From: Trichomonas gallinae
Taxonomy: Eukaryota
NCBI GenBank assembly: GCA_008369845.1
Contig: MRSU01007186.1
Location: 62,001 to 97,672 of the forward strand
DNA: 35,672 nucleotides
Direction: 5' to 3'
This document shows, one piece after another, positions 1 through 9,709 of this stretch (position 1 is the first letter of the stretch; every line of letters starts with the position of its first letter). The position numbers and the translations under genes were made by a program. The notes beneath the pieces were generated by a model. The model ran no database searches, had not been told where the DNA came from, and worked only from the letters and a program-made list of their open reading frames with translations.

Positions 1-330
1 TGGCAATCTCTGAATTAGGGGATTGACAGGTGTCGAGTCATCATCGATTGTATCCTCATAATTAACTTTCGGAAATGCTAAATCAATTAATTTGAAAGTA
101 TCAATGAACGCATTTGCTGAAACTCCGACGATTTGCGTGATAACCTTTTTAAGTCCATAGTCTCTAACCCAAAAATCGGTCAGAAATTTCTCGAATTCAG
201 AAAATCCCGTAGGATTTTCCTGCAATTCCTTGGGAATACTCGAGACCATCTCCTGGCTTATCCATGACATAGTGCTAGATAATAGGGAATTGTCAATATA
301 AGCCTGAAGAATACTTTTCGTTGACTTCAT
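1..330 (-). CDS. Hypothetical protein, 5' part only (runs off the window start)
   Basis: Not in the ORF track. Manual translation from the ATG at 330-328 is open for 110 codons to base 1 (MKSTKSILQAYIDNSLLSSTMSWISQEMVSSIPKELQENPTGFSEFEKFLTDFWVRDYGLKKV...PLIQRLP). Composition is coding-like and an Inr-like element lies just upstream. Confidence 0.8.
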   Translation of the reverse strand, partial: MKSTKSILQAYIDNSLLSSTMSWISQEMVSSIPKELQENPTGFSEFEKFLTDFWVRDYGLKKVITQIVGVSANAFIDTFKLIDLAFPKVNYEDTIDDDSTPVNPLIQRLP

Positions 331-355
331 AATTTTTTTTTATAAATTCAATTTT

Positions 356-370
356 TGAGTGAAAAGTGAC
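356..370 (-). promoter_or_regulatory. Tandem initiator (Inr)-like core promoter element of the left-edge gene
   Basis: Minus strand reads GTCACTTTTCACTCA about 25-40 nt upstream of the ATG at 330, matching the trichomonad Inr (TCAYT, often tandem). Confidence 0.65.
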
Positions 371-1551
371 GTTTCGTGCCATCAACATCGATAGATAATA
401 CACTCCAAAGTCATTTTGTTTTTTAAAACGGTTGTGGGAGGTTTTTCATTCAAAAAAAATTATCAAATCGAATACATCGGATTTTTTGTTGCATAATGGA
501 TAGCACACAGATGTCAAAAAATGAAGATAATTTTACAATATTTTGAAATTGTCATTTATCATCCTCATATATTTTAGATTTTGATTTAATTTTTGATTTT
601 TATAACGATTAATTTTGAATTAAAAATAATCGTACCTAATTGTTTATTATTACATTTATATTTATTCATAATACAAATGCAAAAATAAATACGATGTATT
701 TTTGAATTTGACACATTTTTGATTAAATTTTGACACTTTTGGCAAAAATTTTCACTCAAATTTAGCATAATTTAACTATCCATCTATAGATGTGAAAATA
801 TTAAATTTTGATAATTCATTAAACAAGGAACTGACTCAAGTAAACAGCATGATATTGAAATGCACTACTTATCATACATCCATTTCACATGACAAATCAT
901 TTCAATTTCTTTTCCTTTCATGAATCGAATTGATTTCCATATCAAATTTCAGATATTTTGATAAATTTCTTTCATTAAATTCTACTTTATCATGCATATA
1001 ATCAATATACTAAGCATATTTGCCTGCATGTAATAAATTGATCCACAACCACATAAACTGATCATTTGCCATGTAAAATATATTTGATTGCATCAAAAAT
1101 TCACTCAATTTCTGACATTTGTCAAAAACTCACCAGGTTATAATTCGACATCTACTAGTGTAGGTGATTAGAAATGAACTTAGCTAGTAAGAAAAAGTTA
1201 TAGTATAGTATACATACTATATACATGAGAGAAATTAAATCTGATTTATTGGATTTTCTAGGAGAATAATCGAAATTAAAATTTGCTTCGACAAAAAAAA
1301 TATTTCAGTCAAATATTTCAATAAAAAAACTGACATGTAAAGTTAGAAATTCATGATACTTTTTTAATGGATAATTTGTATATACCAGTGATTATTGTCG
1401 AATTATTAAGATATCTTAAAAATTAAAAAGTGCCATGAATCAGAATAATATTTTCCAATTTTTGCATATTTTAATACCCGTTTGGTGTTAAGAAACCCAT
1501 GGATTGGATTCAATTTCAAAAAAATTGTGAAGTTGGAAATTTAAAAAAAAA

Positions 1552-2136
1552 ATGAATGACTTATCAGTCAAATGCGTAATTGTTGGTGCTACAAGTGTTG
1601 GAAAGACATCGATAGTCAGTGTGATTGTCAATGGTGATATTCCAGAAGAATACATGCCAACACTCGGCGCATCTTATGAACTGAAATGTCTGGAATACGA
1701 AGGCCATGAAGTTCGTGTACAATTTTGGGATACCGCTGGCCAAGAAAAGTTCCAATCCATGGCTCCAATGTACTACAGAAATGCTTCTGTTGCATTAGTT
1801 GTTTTTGCTCTTGATGACATTCAGTCTTTCGAAAAGGTTGACTTCTGGGTCAAATCAATACGCGATAATACAGAGAACGTCAAGATTATTCTTGTCGCAA
1901 ATAAATCTGATCTTGATAAGATGGTAAGTCAAGAAGCAGCTATTAGTTTAGCAGATAGGTTATCCCTTGAGTTTGTTACTGTCTCCGCTAAGACTCATCA
2001 CAACATTGATGAGCTTTGCAACTTGATTGCATCAGCTGCTTTCAGAAAATCAGAAAAAATGGAAACAACAGAGACTGCTGTTAAAGTATCAGATAATTCT
2101 GATGAAAAATCCAAGAAAGATAAAGGATGCTGTTAA
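1552..2136 (+). CDS. Rab-family small GTPase (divergent; effector loop resembles the Rab5/21 group)
   Basis: Motifs G1 GATSVGKTS, effector PTLGASY, G3 WDTAGQE, RabF MAPMYYRNA, G4 NKSD, G5 SAK, and a C-terminal GCC geranylgeranylation motif. Confidence 0.95.
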   Translation: MNDLSVKCVIVGATSVGKTSIVSVIVNGDIPEEYMPTLGASYELKCLEYEGHEVRVQFWDTAGQEKFQSMAPMYYRNASVALVVFALDDIQSFEKVDFWVKSIRDNTENVKIILVANKSDLDKMVSQEAAISLADRLSLEFVTVSAKTHHNIDELCNLIASAAFRKSEKMETTETAVKVSDNSDEKSKKDKGCC

Positions 2137-2480
2137 GATTTCTATTGTAATAAATTTTATGTTCATTTCTCATAATCAAATACTATCACTGTAATGTTTA
2201 CGAACTGAAAAACATACTACCATCAGTGATATATACGCAAATAAGAAATATTTAATTTTCTATTGAATTTCATTGAATGAGCATTTAAAATGTAGCTCAA
2301 TATTTCACCACACATTTTACTTGCTAAATGCAAATGGACTTTATTTTTTGCTCAATTATAATTTTTTTCCAATTTTAATTAGATATTTTAACATGCAATA
2401 AATCGTAATAGTAGAGTATGGGTGTAGATGTTACAAAAATTAGTAATAATTTTTAATAAAAACAAAATGATAACAAAATC

Positions 2481-5400
2481 TTACTTCAACATAGATATCT
2501 GAGATCTAATTGCTGGTGGTGAAGGTGGTGTCTTCAATGATCTTGAATCATTGAGGTTCTGGCGCCTCGTCAAAGCGATGAAAAGTCCGGCAAGTCCGAA
2601 AGCTTTCATTGTTGCCAATTCGTCAGCCTTTTGCTGCTCATTATTTGCTTTCTTCTCGATTAACGATTGCTTTTCATCTCTCAAGATCTGTATCATGTCT
2701 ATTAGCTTCGACCTGTTCACCGATCCGATGCATATATCCGCGATCTGTGTTCTGAGTTCAGGTTCTGTTAATCCGCCTTTGTATTTAGGTAATGCAGCCT
2801 TGAGTGTTTCTTCGGCCCAGTTGTACCACTCAGACTTCTGCTTCTTCTTGTCTTTGGCCTGCTCAAGGAGGTTGATGCGCTGCATGAGTGCCTGCACTGT
2901 CTTGAGGACACGTGGACGGTTCCATGCAATGTCCTGGCCGATAAATGGACGCAAAATGTCGCCAAGCTGTGAGACAAACATCACCTCATCCTTGGCTGAT
3001 GTTGTTGACATCGATGATTTCATCGGCTGTGGAGACTTCGGCATTGTTGATGACGAAAAGGAAGAAAGATTTGTCATTGGGGATCTTGGTGTCCTGCTGG
3101 AGCTCTTAACGCGCTCCAATTCGCTCAACAGCTCTCTGTTCTTGACTCTCGCGTCAGCCAACTTCGCCTGCAAGTCGTCGATGACTTTATTCGACAATGG
3201 CTCGTTCTGGAGCTGCTCGACTGTTGCTGTGAGGTCGAGTCTCTCCTGGTGCATCTGCCTCATGATCTTCTGGTGTTCAAGAGACTGCTCGTTGTACAGC
3301 TTGGAGACTTGAGATGCGGCAGCTTTATACTCTTCGAGTTTCCTCGACATCTCTTTGATCTGGGCTTCCATCAGTCTCTGCTGCTCTTCGTATCTGCGCT
3401 TTTCTCTCTCAGCTGCGTCGCCGAGGATAGATCTCTCTTTCTCGAGAGCATCAGCGAGTCTCTTCTCGTATGACTGTGTGCGATCGTTGAGTGTTTGATC
3501 GAGTCTGTCTCTTTCCTTCGTTAATCTCTCGACTGTTTCTTCTGCGGTCTGGATTCTCATTGTCAAAACTTGGTTGGCCTTGGTGTCTTCAGTGTGCTGG
3601 ATGTTCAAGTCTTCGTTGTTGTTGTTGGCATCCTGAAGGTCAGCAGCGAGTTTCTCGAGTTGCTTGTTAAGAGATTGAATCATTCTCTCCTTCTTGACAA
3701 TAGTGTCATTCAACTCGTCGATCTTTCTGTCCAATGTTGCTCTCTCCTTGTCGAACTTGATGAGTGCTTCATTGTAGTTCTTCTTCGTTGTGAACTCGAC
3801 GTTCTCAGCGATATCCTTGTATTCGTCCAAAACTTCGAGCAACTTCTGCGGAAGGTCGACAATCTTTCCAGAGAAGTTGATGTGCGGGCGGATGTTGTCA
3901 TCCAAGAAGTCGATGATCGATGAACTCTCTTCTATGTACTTGCAAAGTGTCGCGAAGACGTCCTTGATGTCGCCGTGGTAGTGCAATGTGCTGGCGATGA
4001 CGTTCAAGAGCTGCTGGAAGACAGGCTGGAGCTGGTTGACGTAATCAGCAACAGCGCCTGGAAGTTCGTAGTCGTTGCAGTCAAATGCTGGCAAAACCTT
4101 TCTGACTGTTGAAAGTTCGTCGACCATCTTAGCCAAGAAAGCGCGCAAGTTGACAATGATCTGCGCGAGAACATTGGAGAGAGGAAGGTTGTCCTTCTCC
4201 TCGAACTTGAACTGACTGGCTGGGTCAACCATGTACTTGACGACTGGTTCTTCATCTGCATCGGCGAATGAGCATTTTTCGAGGAAGATTCTCGTGTTCT
4301 CGACTTCGTGCAAGATGTCGGACTTCTCCTGCGATGTGAACTTCATCGGCTTCTCCTTGAGAAACTCGAGGTTGGCTTTGCCGGTCTTAAGCAGGTCGAC
4401 AATGAACCTGCTCATTCCTTCGCATGATGCATTGAGTGTCCTGAGCGTTGCAGCTGTCTCTGGGTCGATTCTCGTCATTCCGAGCTCGTGGCAGGCTTCT
4501 GGGAGTGTGTCTGGTGTGCATGCGTACATTGGCGCTAAGTTGCTGCATGATCTTTCAACAATATCGCGAAGTTTAAAGAGTTCTTGGCTGTTTTGGTTGT
4601 AAGCTCTTGTTTGGGCTTCGTGCTCATCTCTGAGTTCTTCGAGTTGGTCGAGTATGTCGAGAAGTTGCTGATTTGTCATTTCATTGTTGTCTTTGGCGTT
4701 TGCGAACGATTCTTCGTAGCGATCGAGTAAATCATTTTGTTTATTGATGACTTCTGTTGCTCTTCTGTTTGCTTCAATAAGTGTATCGAGTTCCTTAGCT
4801 TGATTGCTTATGTAGCGAGCAAGTTTCTTTGTTGCAGCGTTTGTTTTATCTTCGAAGATACGAGATTGTGTGAGAAACTCTGAAGAAAGCGTTTGCTGAT
4901 CCTTCTCCTTCTTAATCTTGAATTCCTCGAACTCAATCTCCTTCCTCTTGAGCTCAGCGCGAAGTGCGTTGATTCTAGCGTTCTTGGCGTCGAGCTGCTC
5001 CTGAAGTTCCCTGATTTCCCTGTTGACACTGCTAGTCTCATCTCTTGAGTCACTCAAAAGCTTCCTAAGACGAGCGATTTCTTCGGAATCAATCTTTGTT
5101 TGGTCTGTAGCTTGCTGGCGAGCGTCTTCGAGCTTGTTGTATTCGAATTTGCACTTGCTGATTTCGTCTTTGTGTTGATTGGCCTGTCTCGCTAATTCGT
5201 TAATTAATTGATTCTTTTCGTTAAACATTTTTTCGTTTTCCTCCTGATGAATGCGAATCTCCTGGCAAAGCTCGTCGATCTTTTGCGTGTGTTCTTGGTT
5301 ATCACGCTGTAATTCGAGGATCTGTAATTTGGCAAGTGTGATATCTGTTGGGTTTTGTGCGAGCAGAGCAGCGTAATCGACGAGTCTTTTCGCTTTACCT

Positions 5401-5717
5401 AACGATTGATTTGCTTGTGCTGAGTTTTCTTTCATAGTTATGTAATCATGAATCAAATAACAAATAGCTTTTTCAGCAAGTACGGCATTTTCTGTGGAAA
5501 TTGGCTTCTCGTGGGCCGACGCGAACAGGTTGTGTATCAATTCAGCGAGTTTAGAAAGGTGTGGCACTTCTTGAAACATCGATACTAGTGGAGGCGGTGG
5601 TTTCGTATACGAATCTTCTAAATAATTCGTCAACGCATCGTTACTCCTCAAGTCAGCAGCTTCAGCTGCCATTAAAAATCGGGACTTTCCCCTCTTGGGA
5701 GACGGTGGCGAGTCCAT
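2481..5717 (-). CDS. Large coiled-coil protein of unknown function (1078 aa)
   Basis: Long uninterrupted ORF with strong codon bias. Heptad-rich E/K/Q/L segments (about aa 120-390 and 630-870), an S/P-rich linker, and no recognisable catalytic motif. Confidence 0.85.
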   Translation of the reverse strand: MDSPPSPKRGKSRFLMAAEAADLRSNDALTNYLEDSYTKPPPPLVSMFQEVPHLSKLAELIHNLFASAHEKPISTENAVLAEKAICYLIHDYITMKENSAQANQSLGKAKRLVDYAALLAQNPTDITLAKLQILELQRDNQEHTQKIDELCQEIRIHQEENEKMFNEKNQLINELARQANQHKDEISKCKFEYNKLEDARQQATDQTKIDSEEIARLRKLLSDSRDETSSVNREIRELQEQLDAKNARINALRAELKRKEIEFEEFKIKKEKDQQTLSSEFLTQSRIFEDKTNAATKKLARYISNQAKELDTLIEANRRATEVINKQNDLLDRYEESFANAKDNNEMTNQQLLDILDQLEELRDEHEAQTRAYNQNSQELFKLRDIVERSCSNLAPMYACTPDTLPEACHELGMTRIDPETAATLRTLNASCEGMSRFIVDLLKTGKANLEFLKEKPMKFTSQEKSDILHEVENTRIFLEKCSFADADEEPVVKYMVDPASQFKFEEKDNLPLSNVLAQIIVNLRAFLAKMVDELSTVRKVLPAFDCNDYELPGAVADYVNQLQPVFQQLLNVIASTLHYHGDIKDVFATLCKYIEESSSIIDFLDDNIRPHINFSGKIVDLPQKLLEVLDEYKDIAENVEFTTKKNYNEALIKFDKERATLDRKIDELNDTIVKKERMIQSLNKQLEKLAADLQDANNNNEDLNIQHTEDTKANQVLTMRIQTAEETVERLTKERDRLDQTLNDRTQSYEKRLADALEKERSILGDAAEREKRRYEEQQRLMEAQIKEMSRKLEEYKAAASQVSKLYNEQSLEHQKIMRQMHQERLDLTATVEQLQNEPLSNKVIDDLQAKLADARVKNRELLSELERVKSSSRTPRSPMTNLSSFSSSTMPKSPQPMKSSMSTTSAKDEVMFVSQLGDILRPFIGQDIAWNRPRVLKTVQALMQRINLLEQAKDKKKQKSEWYNWAEETLKAALPKYKGGLTEPELRTQIADICIGSVNRSKLIDMIQILRDEKQSLIEKKANNEQQKADELATMKAFGLAGLFIALTRRQNLNDSRSLKTPPSPPAIRSQISMLK

Positions 5718-6170
5718 AAATATTTGGTGAAATATAAACCGATGAATTTTCTATGAGGTCTCTCAAATTCCTATAAACGTATTTTGATGAATCATTATCT
5801 TTACCTTTAGAGAGAGAAAATGTAAAGAAAATAATTTTACGTTTATTTGAATATTTACACAGTGAAATTCTAGATTTCATCATATTTGTCTTTTTTAGGC
5901 GTTTTTGTGCCCGAATACAACAAAATTAAGTTTTTATAATTTGATGTTTGAAATATTTTTCTCTGCCATTTTCTACATTTTTCTCTTGATTTTCAATTTT
6001 TTCACTCAAACACCAAATATTTTCCATTAATAAATAATTAACTAACCTAATAAATAGATCACTAATATATTAGTTAGTTTAGTTTTAAGAATTTTGCTAT
6101 ATTTAATTTTATGATAAAAAATTTTTTTGTCATTTAGAATTCTAGAATAGTACAGTTTAAGATACATGTA

Positions 6171-7064
6171 TTAGTCATGTTGGAAATTTATCAAGAAATT
6201 GTCCAATTCGTTTGGTTTCGATTGTTGTGGCGGCTGCATTGCTTCACTATCAAGAAATTGAGGCTGTGCTTGACCCTGTGGCTGCTGATAAACGTATGTA
6301 TGAATAACTTGAATGACTGGCATAGAGTATCTATGCTGGAACTGCAAGTTAGCAATTTTCGGTTGCTGCAATTGTAAAGCACCAGAATCCATGGCTCTAT
6401 TTTGCATCATGGATGGGAATGCGACGTGGTAACTGTCACTTCCATTACCATTTTCCTTGCTAATTTGTGAATATCTGTAACGGCACTGAACATCTGAGCG
6501 ATTTCCCATAAATTCAGCGATCTTAGTCCATGAGTGATCTCCAAAACGAGCAACAAGGTTCAAAAGAAGCTGATCTTCGTTTGCTTCCCATGTTTCCTTG
6601 CAAATTCTTGGATTCAAACACCTCGTCCAGCGCTGGGCGCACTGAGCACGACTGCGGTTGTTACCAACGAACTTGGAAATCAGAGCCCAATTATCAATAC
6701 CAAAACGGTAAATGGCGGCGAGCAAGCGATTATCTTCGTATGTTGACCATTTCTGCATTTTACGGCGATTCTTTCCATCAGGGTCATCAGGAAGCTCTTG
6801 GCTTTTGATCGGCTGATCTGGAATTTCGATTACATCGCGAATTTTATCGATGGCAGTCGAACTTCCAGTGATTTTAACGAATCTGTCGCGTGCCATTTCA
6901 TATGTTATGCGTTTCTGAATGTAATCCTTCATAATTGCTATCAAGTCATTGCGCGCTTCAATATTAATTCCCGGGACCTGTCTATCTATCAGGGGAATAC
7001 TATACTCGAAAAGAGGTTTTTCTGTAAAAGGGGCTAAACTCGCTTCGAAGTGAACGTGCGCCAT
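6171..7064 (-). CDS. R2R3 Myb-like DNA-binding protein
   Basis: Two Myb repeats (KWSTYEDNRLL...WALISKFVGNNRSRAQCAQRW and TWEANEDQLLL...WTKIAEFMGNRSDVQCRYRY) and a Q/P-rich C-terminus. Start moved from the TTG at 7091 to the first ATG at 7064. Confidence 0.95.
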   Translation of the reverse strand: MAHVHFEASLAPFTEKPLFEYSIPLIDRQVPGINIEARNDLIAIMKDYIQKRITYEMARDRFVKITGSSTAIDKIRDVIEIPDQPIKSQELPDDPDGKNRRKMQKWSTYEDNRLLAAIYRFGIDNWALISKFVGNNRSRAQCAQRWTRCLNPRICKETWEANEDQLLLNLVARFGDHSWTKIAEFMGNRSDVQCRYRYSQISKENGNGSDSYHVAFPSMMQNRAMDSGALQLQQPKIANLQFQHRYSMPVIQVIHTYVYQQPQGQAQPQFLDSEAMQPPQQSKPNELDNFLINFQHD

Positions 7065-7143
7065 ATTTTTTTTTTCTTGAGTTATATTCAATTTCTGTTT
7101 TTCGGTATTTTATTGTTTTGATTCCACTGGGCACCCTTTGTTT

Positions 7144-7152
7144 TATCGTTCT
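7144..7152 (-). promoter_or_regulatory. Myb-recognition-element-like site (ANAACGATA)
   Basis: Minus strand AGAACGATA (plus strand TATCGTTCT) about 80 bp upstream of the Myb ATG. It matches the MRE-1/MRE-2r consensus I recall for the T. vaginalis ap65-1 promoter. Confidence 0.35.
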
Positions 7153-7670
7153 ATCATGAAAAAATGGTTTGTAATTCAATTTTTGTCAAGGAAAAAAAAA
7201 TTTGCTAGATTTTCTAATGCTATTCATATTGTTATTTGATTTCAAATTAATCTTTGGTTTGGTTATAATCATTATATAGTGAAAGACAGGGAAATAAGCT
7301 TATTTTTATGAAAAATATTGAATTTTATTTGTCATCGAAAGAAAACCTGTGGATCATGTTTTATCTATCATAAAATAGTTTATTTGGCATTTTCACAGAC
7401 TAATATAATGGATTTGCTAAACGTATTTTTTATTTTCGCTTTAGAAATCATCTTTTTAGACTATTCATGTATATTAATACTATGTTCAGCTGGTTTCTAG
7501 AACGGATTCGTGCTTTTTAGATATGATTGGTTAAAACGTAAAAAAATTTCAAAAATCAAAGACTTCAGATTATGAACTTTTCTTAGTTATTCGTGTTAAT
7601 TTGCTCATCAAATACCAATTAATGATATTGATAAAGCATTTGTGTAAAATAATTTTGTTTGGAAAATAAA

Positions 7671-8453
7671 TTAAAGGAGAAACTGTTCGCTGAGTTCAGA
7701 ATGGCCTGAATAAGCAAAACCAGATATATTTGAGGGCGTAGGCAAGAAAAAATCAATCCATTTCAAGAATGATTTGCTAAAAATGCCTGGAGAATGGTTA
7801 AAATTACTGTTATCGTACTCAAATGCTTGGTATTCCAAGACTGTGGGAATGTACATGCATGCAAACAAAATATCAGCAAATATAAACATGAAAAGAATAA
7901 AGAATAGCATATTTGCTGCCTTCTTTTCGATACAATTCACGTGATAAGCTTCAATGAGGATAATAATTCCGACTTGTAAAAATATTAGTGCCGAATATAT
8001 CAAAAATAACATGAACGCTTTGCTGTTACGTAGTGCAATACAGTTCCCAATAAATTGGCAATGATGGTCATAATTAAAGTAACATTGTTTGCAAATTTGA
8101 CAATGCTGAGCTCGTCCTGGCTTAGGAAGATGACACCTCGAACATTTATCCAATACATCAAATTTTTGTGGTAGACTTGTTAGTTGATATTGAGAATATC
8201 CTGATACGAGTAATTCTTGTTTAACAGAACCAGCATCAATCCATGATGAAACGATAAATGCCCATAGCCAAAGGATCGATACGATAGTCCAAATTGGGAA
8301 AAATATTTTAAAAGTTAAAATATCGATTTCATTTCCGCGTATTAAGGGCTTGAAGAAGAAAATTACTACAGAGACCTCAACAGCCACGAAAATTATCATC
8401 AGAAAACATCGAGGAACAATGTTTTCCATCGTCATTGGCGCAAGTTTCACCAT
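7671..8453 (-). CDS. DHHC zinc-finger palmitoyl acyltransferase
   Basis: Cys-rich domain CSRCHLPKPGRAQHCQICKQCYFNYDHHCQFIGNCIALRN, flanked by two hydrophobic TM segments on each side. Confidence 0.95.
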   Translation of the reverse strand: MVKLAPMTMENIVPRCFLMIIFVAVEVSVVIFFFKPLIRGNEIDILTFKIFFPIWTIVSILWLWAFIVSSWIDAGSVKQELLVSGYSQYQLTSLPQKFDVLDKCSRCHLPKPGRAQHCQICKQCYFNYDHHCQFIGNCIALRNSKAFMLFLIYSALIFLQVGIIILIEAYHVNCIEKKAANMLFFILFMFIFADILFACMYIPTVLEYQAFEYDNSNFNHSPGIFSKSFLKWIDFFLPTPSNISGFAYSGHSELSEQFLL

Positions 8454-9709
8454 TTTTCGCCTGACTTCACATTAAAATGCCAGAATTTTAAATTTTTATG
8501 TTTTTTGGACTAAGCATTTAATATCTGAAAATAAATATCTTTTAGTAAGAGTTTTATATCGAAAATAAGAGTTTTTATACACTTTCTTCGTAAATTTTTA
8601 TTTAAACCATCTCTAATCATCATAGTTTTATATAGACCATTGGAATCCTTAGTTACAACGATCATCATTTTTTTTTCCCATTTATTCAAAAAATAAAAAT
8701 GTTTTTAACAACAAAATAATAACTATCCTATTGTTCGAAGAAAAGTAATTATATTTGCGAGGATAAGCATTGAATATCGTAAGATACGTTATGAATATTT
8801 TCTAAAGAGGTTTAATACCAAATTCAGAAGAAACAACAAACAATTGTGTAATTGAATCGAAAAACCAGTATACTCTATATAGGCTAAAATAAAAATGAAA
8901 TAAGTCGAAATTTACCTAAAATTTTCCCAACCTTAGTAAAATTGCAACAGGTTATGGCATGATAAGATATCTCATAATGATGATAAATATTTGTTGAAAA
9001 TTTTTCAATGAATAATTTATCAATGATTTTATTTCTTATAATAGAATATAACATCAATAATTATAAGCATTTAACGAAAAAAAAATTTTTCAATTTTTTT
9101 GTTAACGAAAATTTTGTTAATTAACAAAAAATTCGTTTATAAAAAAATAATAACATCACTGATGATAAATAATCAATGAAAAATTTTATGTATAATTTTG
9201 TTAGTGAACGTCATTGATATGTGGTTCTGTTGCTTACATATGAAAGATTTTCATTAGAGTTATCAACCAAAAGTTGCAATTGTTTCTTGTTGATGATTAT
9301 TTGTATTAATTTAACGTACAGTAAAATAAAAATATTTATACCAACTTGCTGTAATACATTTAAAGATTTAAATATTGAATTATGGGTTATTAATTATCAA
9401 CGATAAAAAATAAATAACGAAATTCGAAAAATATGCTAATATCATAGTTTATTCTATTTATCAGGTAAAATATTCAGAAATACGCTCTTTTTTTTCTGAG
9501 CGAAACTCAATTTTCTGAAAAACTAGCCATTTTCTTTTTATTTAATTATTCTTTTTATTATAATATATCATTCATTGAATTCCCATTCAATGAAAGTTTT
9601 GTGAGCATTATAAAAATATTTTTATAATAACTCCATTAATATTAATTTGCATATTAAAATTGCGAAAATTTTATTTTCACGTTTTTTTTTATTTTGGCAG
9701 AAGTAAGGA

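Noticed and set aside
586..768. Short intergenic ORFs (586-768, 5662-5883, 7318-7500, 9221-9406, 27300-27500)
   Set aside because: Extremely AT-rich, I/F/K/N-biased translations typical of non-coding DNA.
1149..1225. Small hairpins (catctac-tagt-gtaggtg and tatagta...tactata) as a possible ncRNA
   Set aside because: Stems are short, with no convincing tRNA cloverleaf or snoRNA box arrangement.
2551..3312. 253-aa plus-strand ORF, and the other antisense or nested ORFs inside long genes
   Set aside because: These are shadows of the real CDS caused by codon bias. They have no motifs and many start at non-ATG codons.
6061..6074. Perfect 14-bp palindrome ACTAATATATTAGT
   Set aside because: Almost all A/T, so plausible by chance in this composition.
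8900..8960. FPNLSKIA peptide reminiscent of the hAT transposase dimerisation domain
   Set aside because: It lacks the following P.TS...ER.FS motif, is surrounded by stops, and no terminal inverted repeats were seen.
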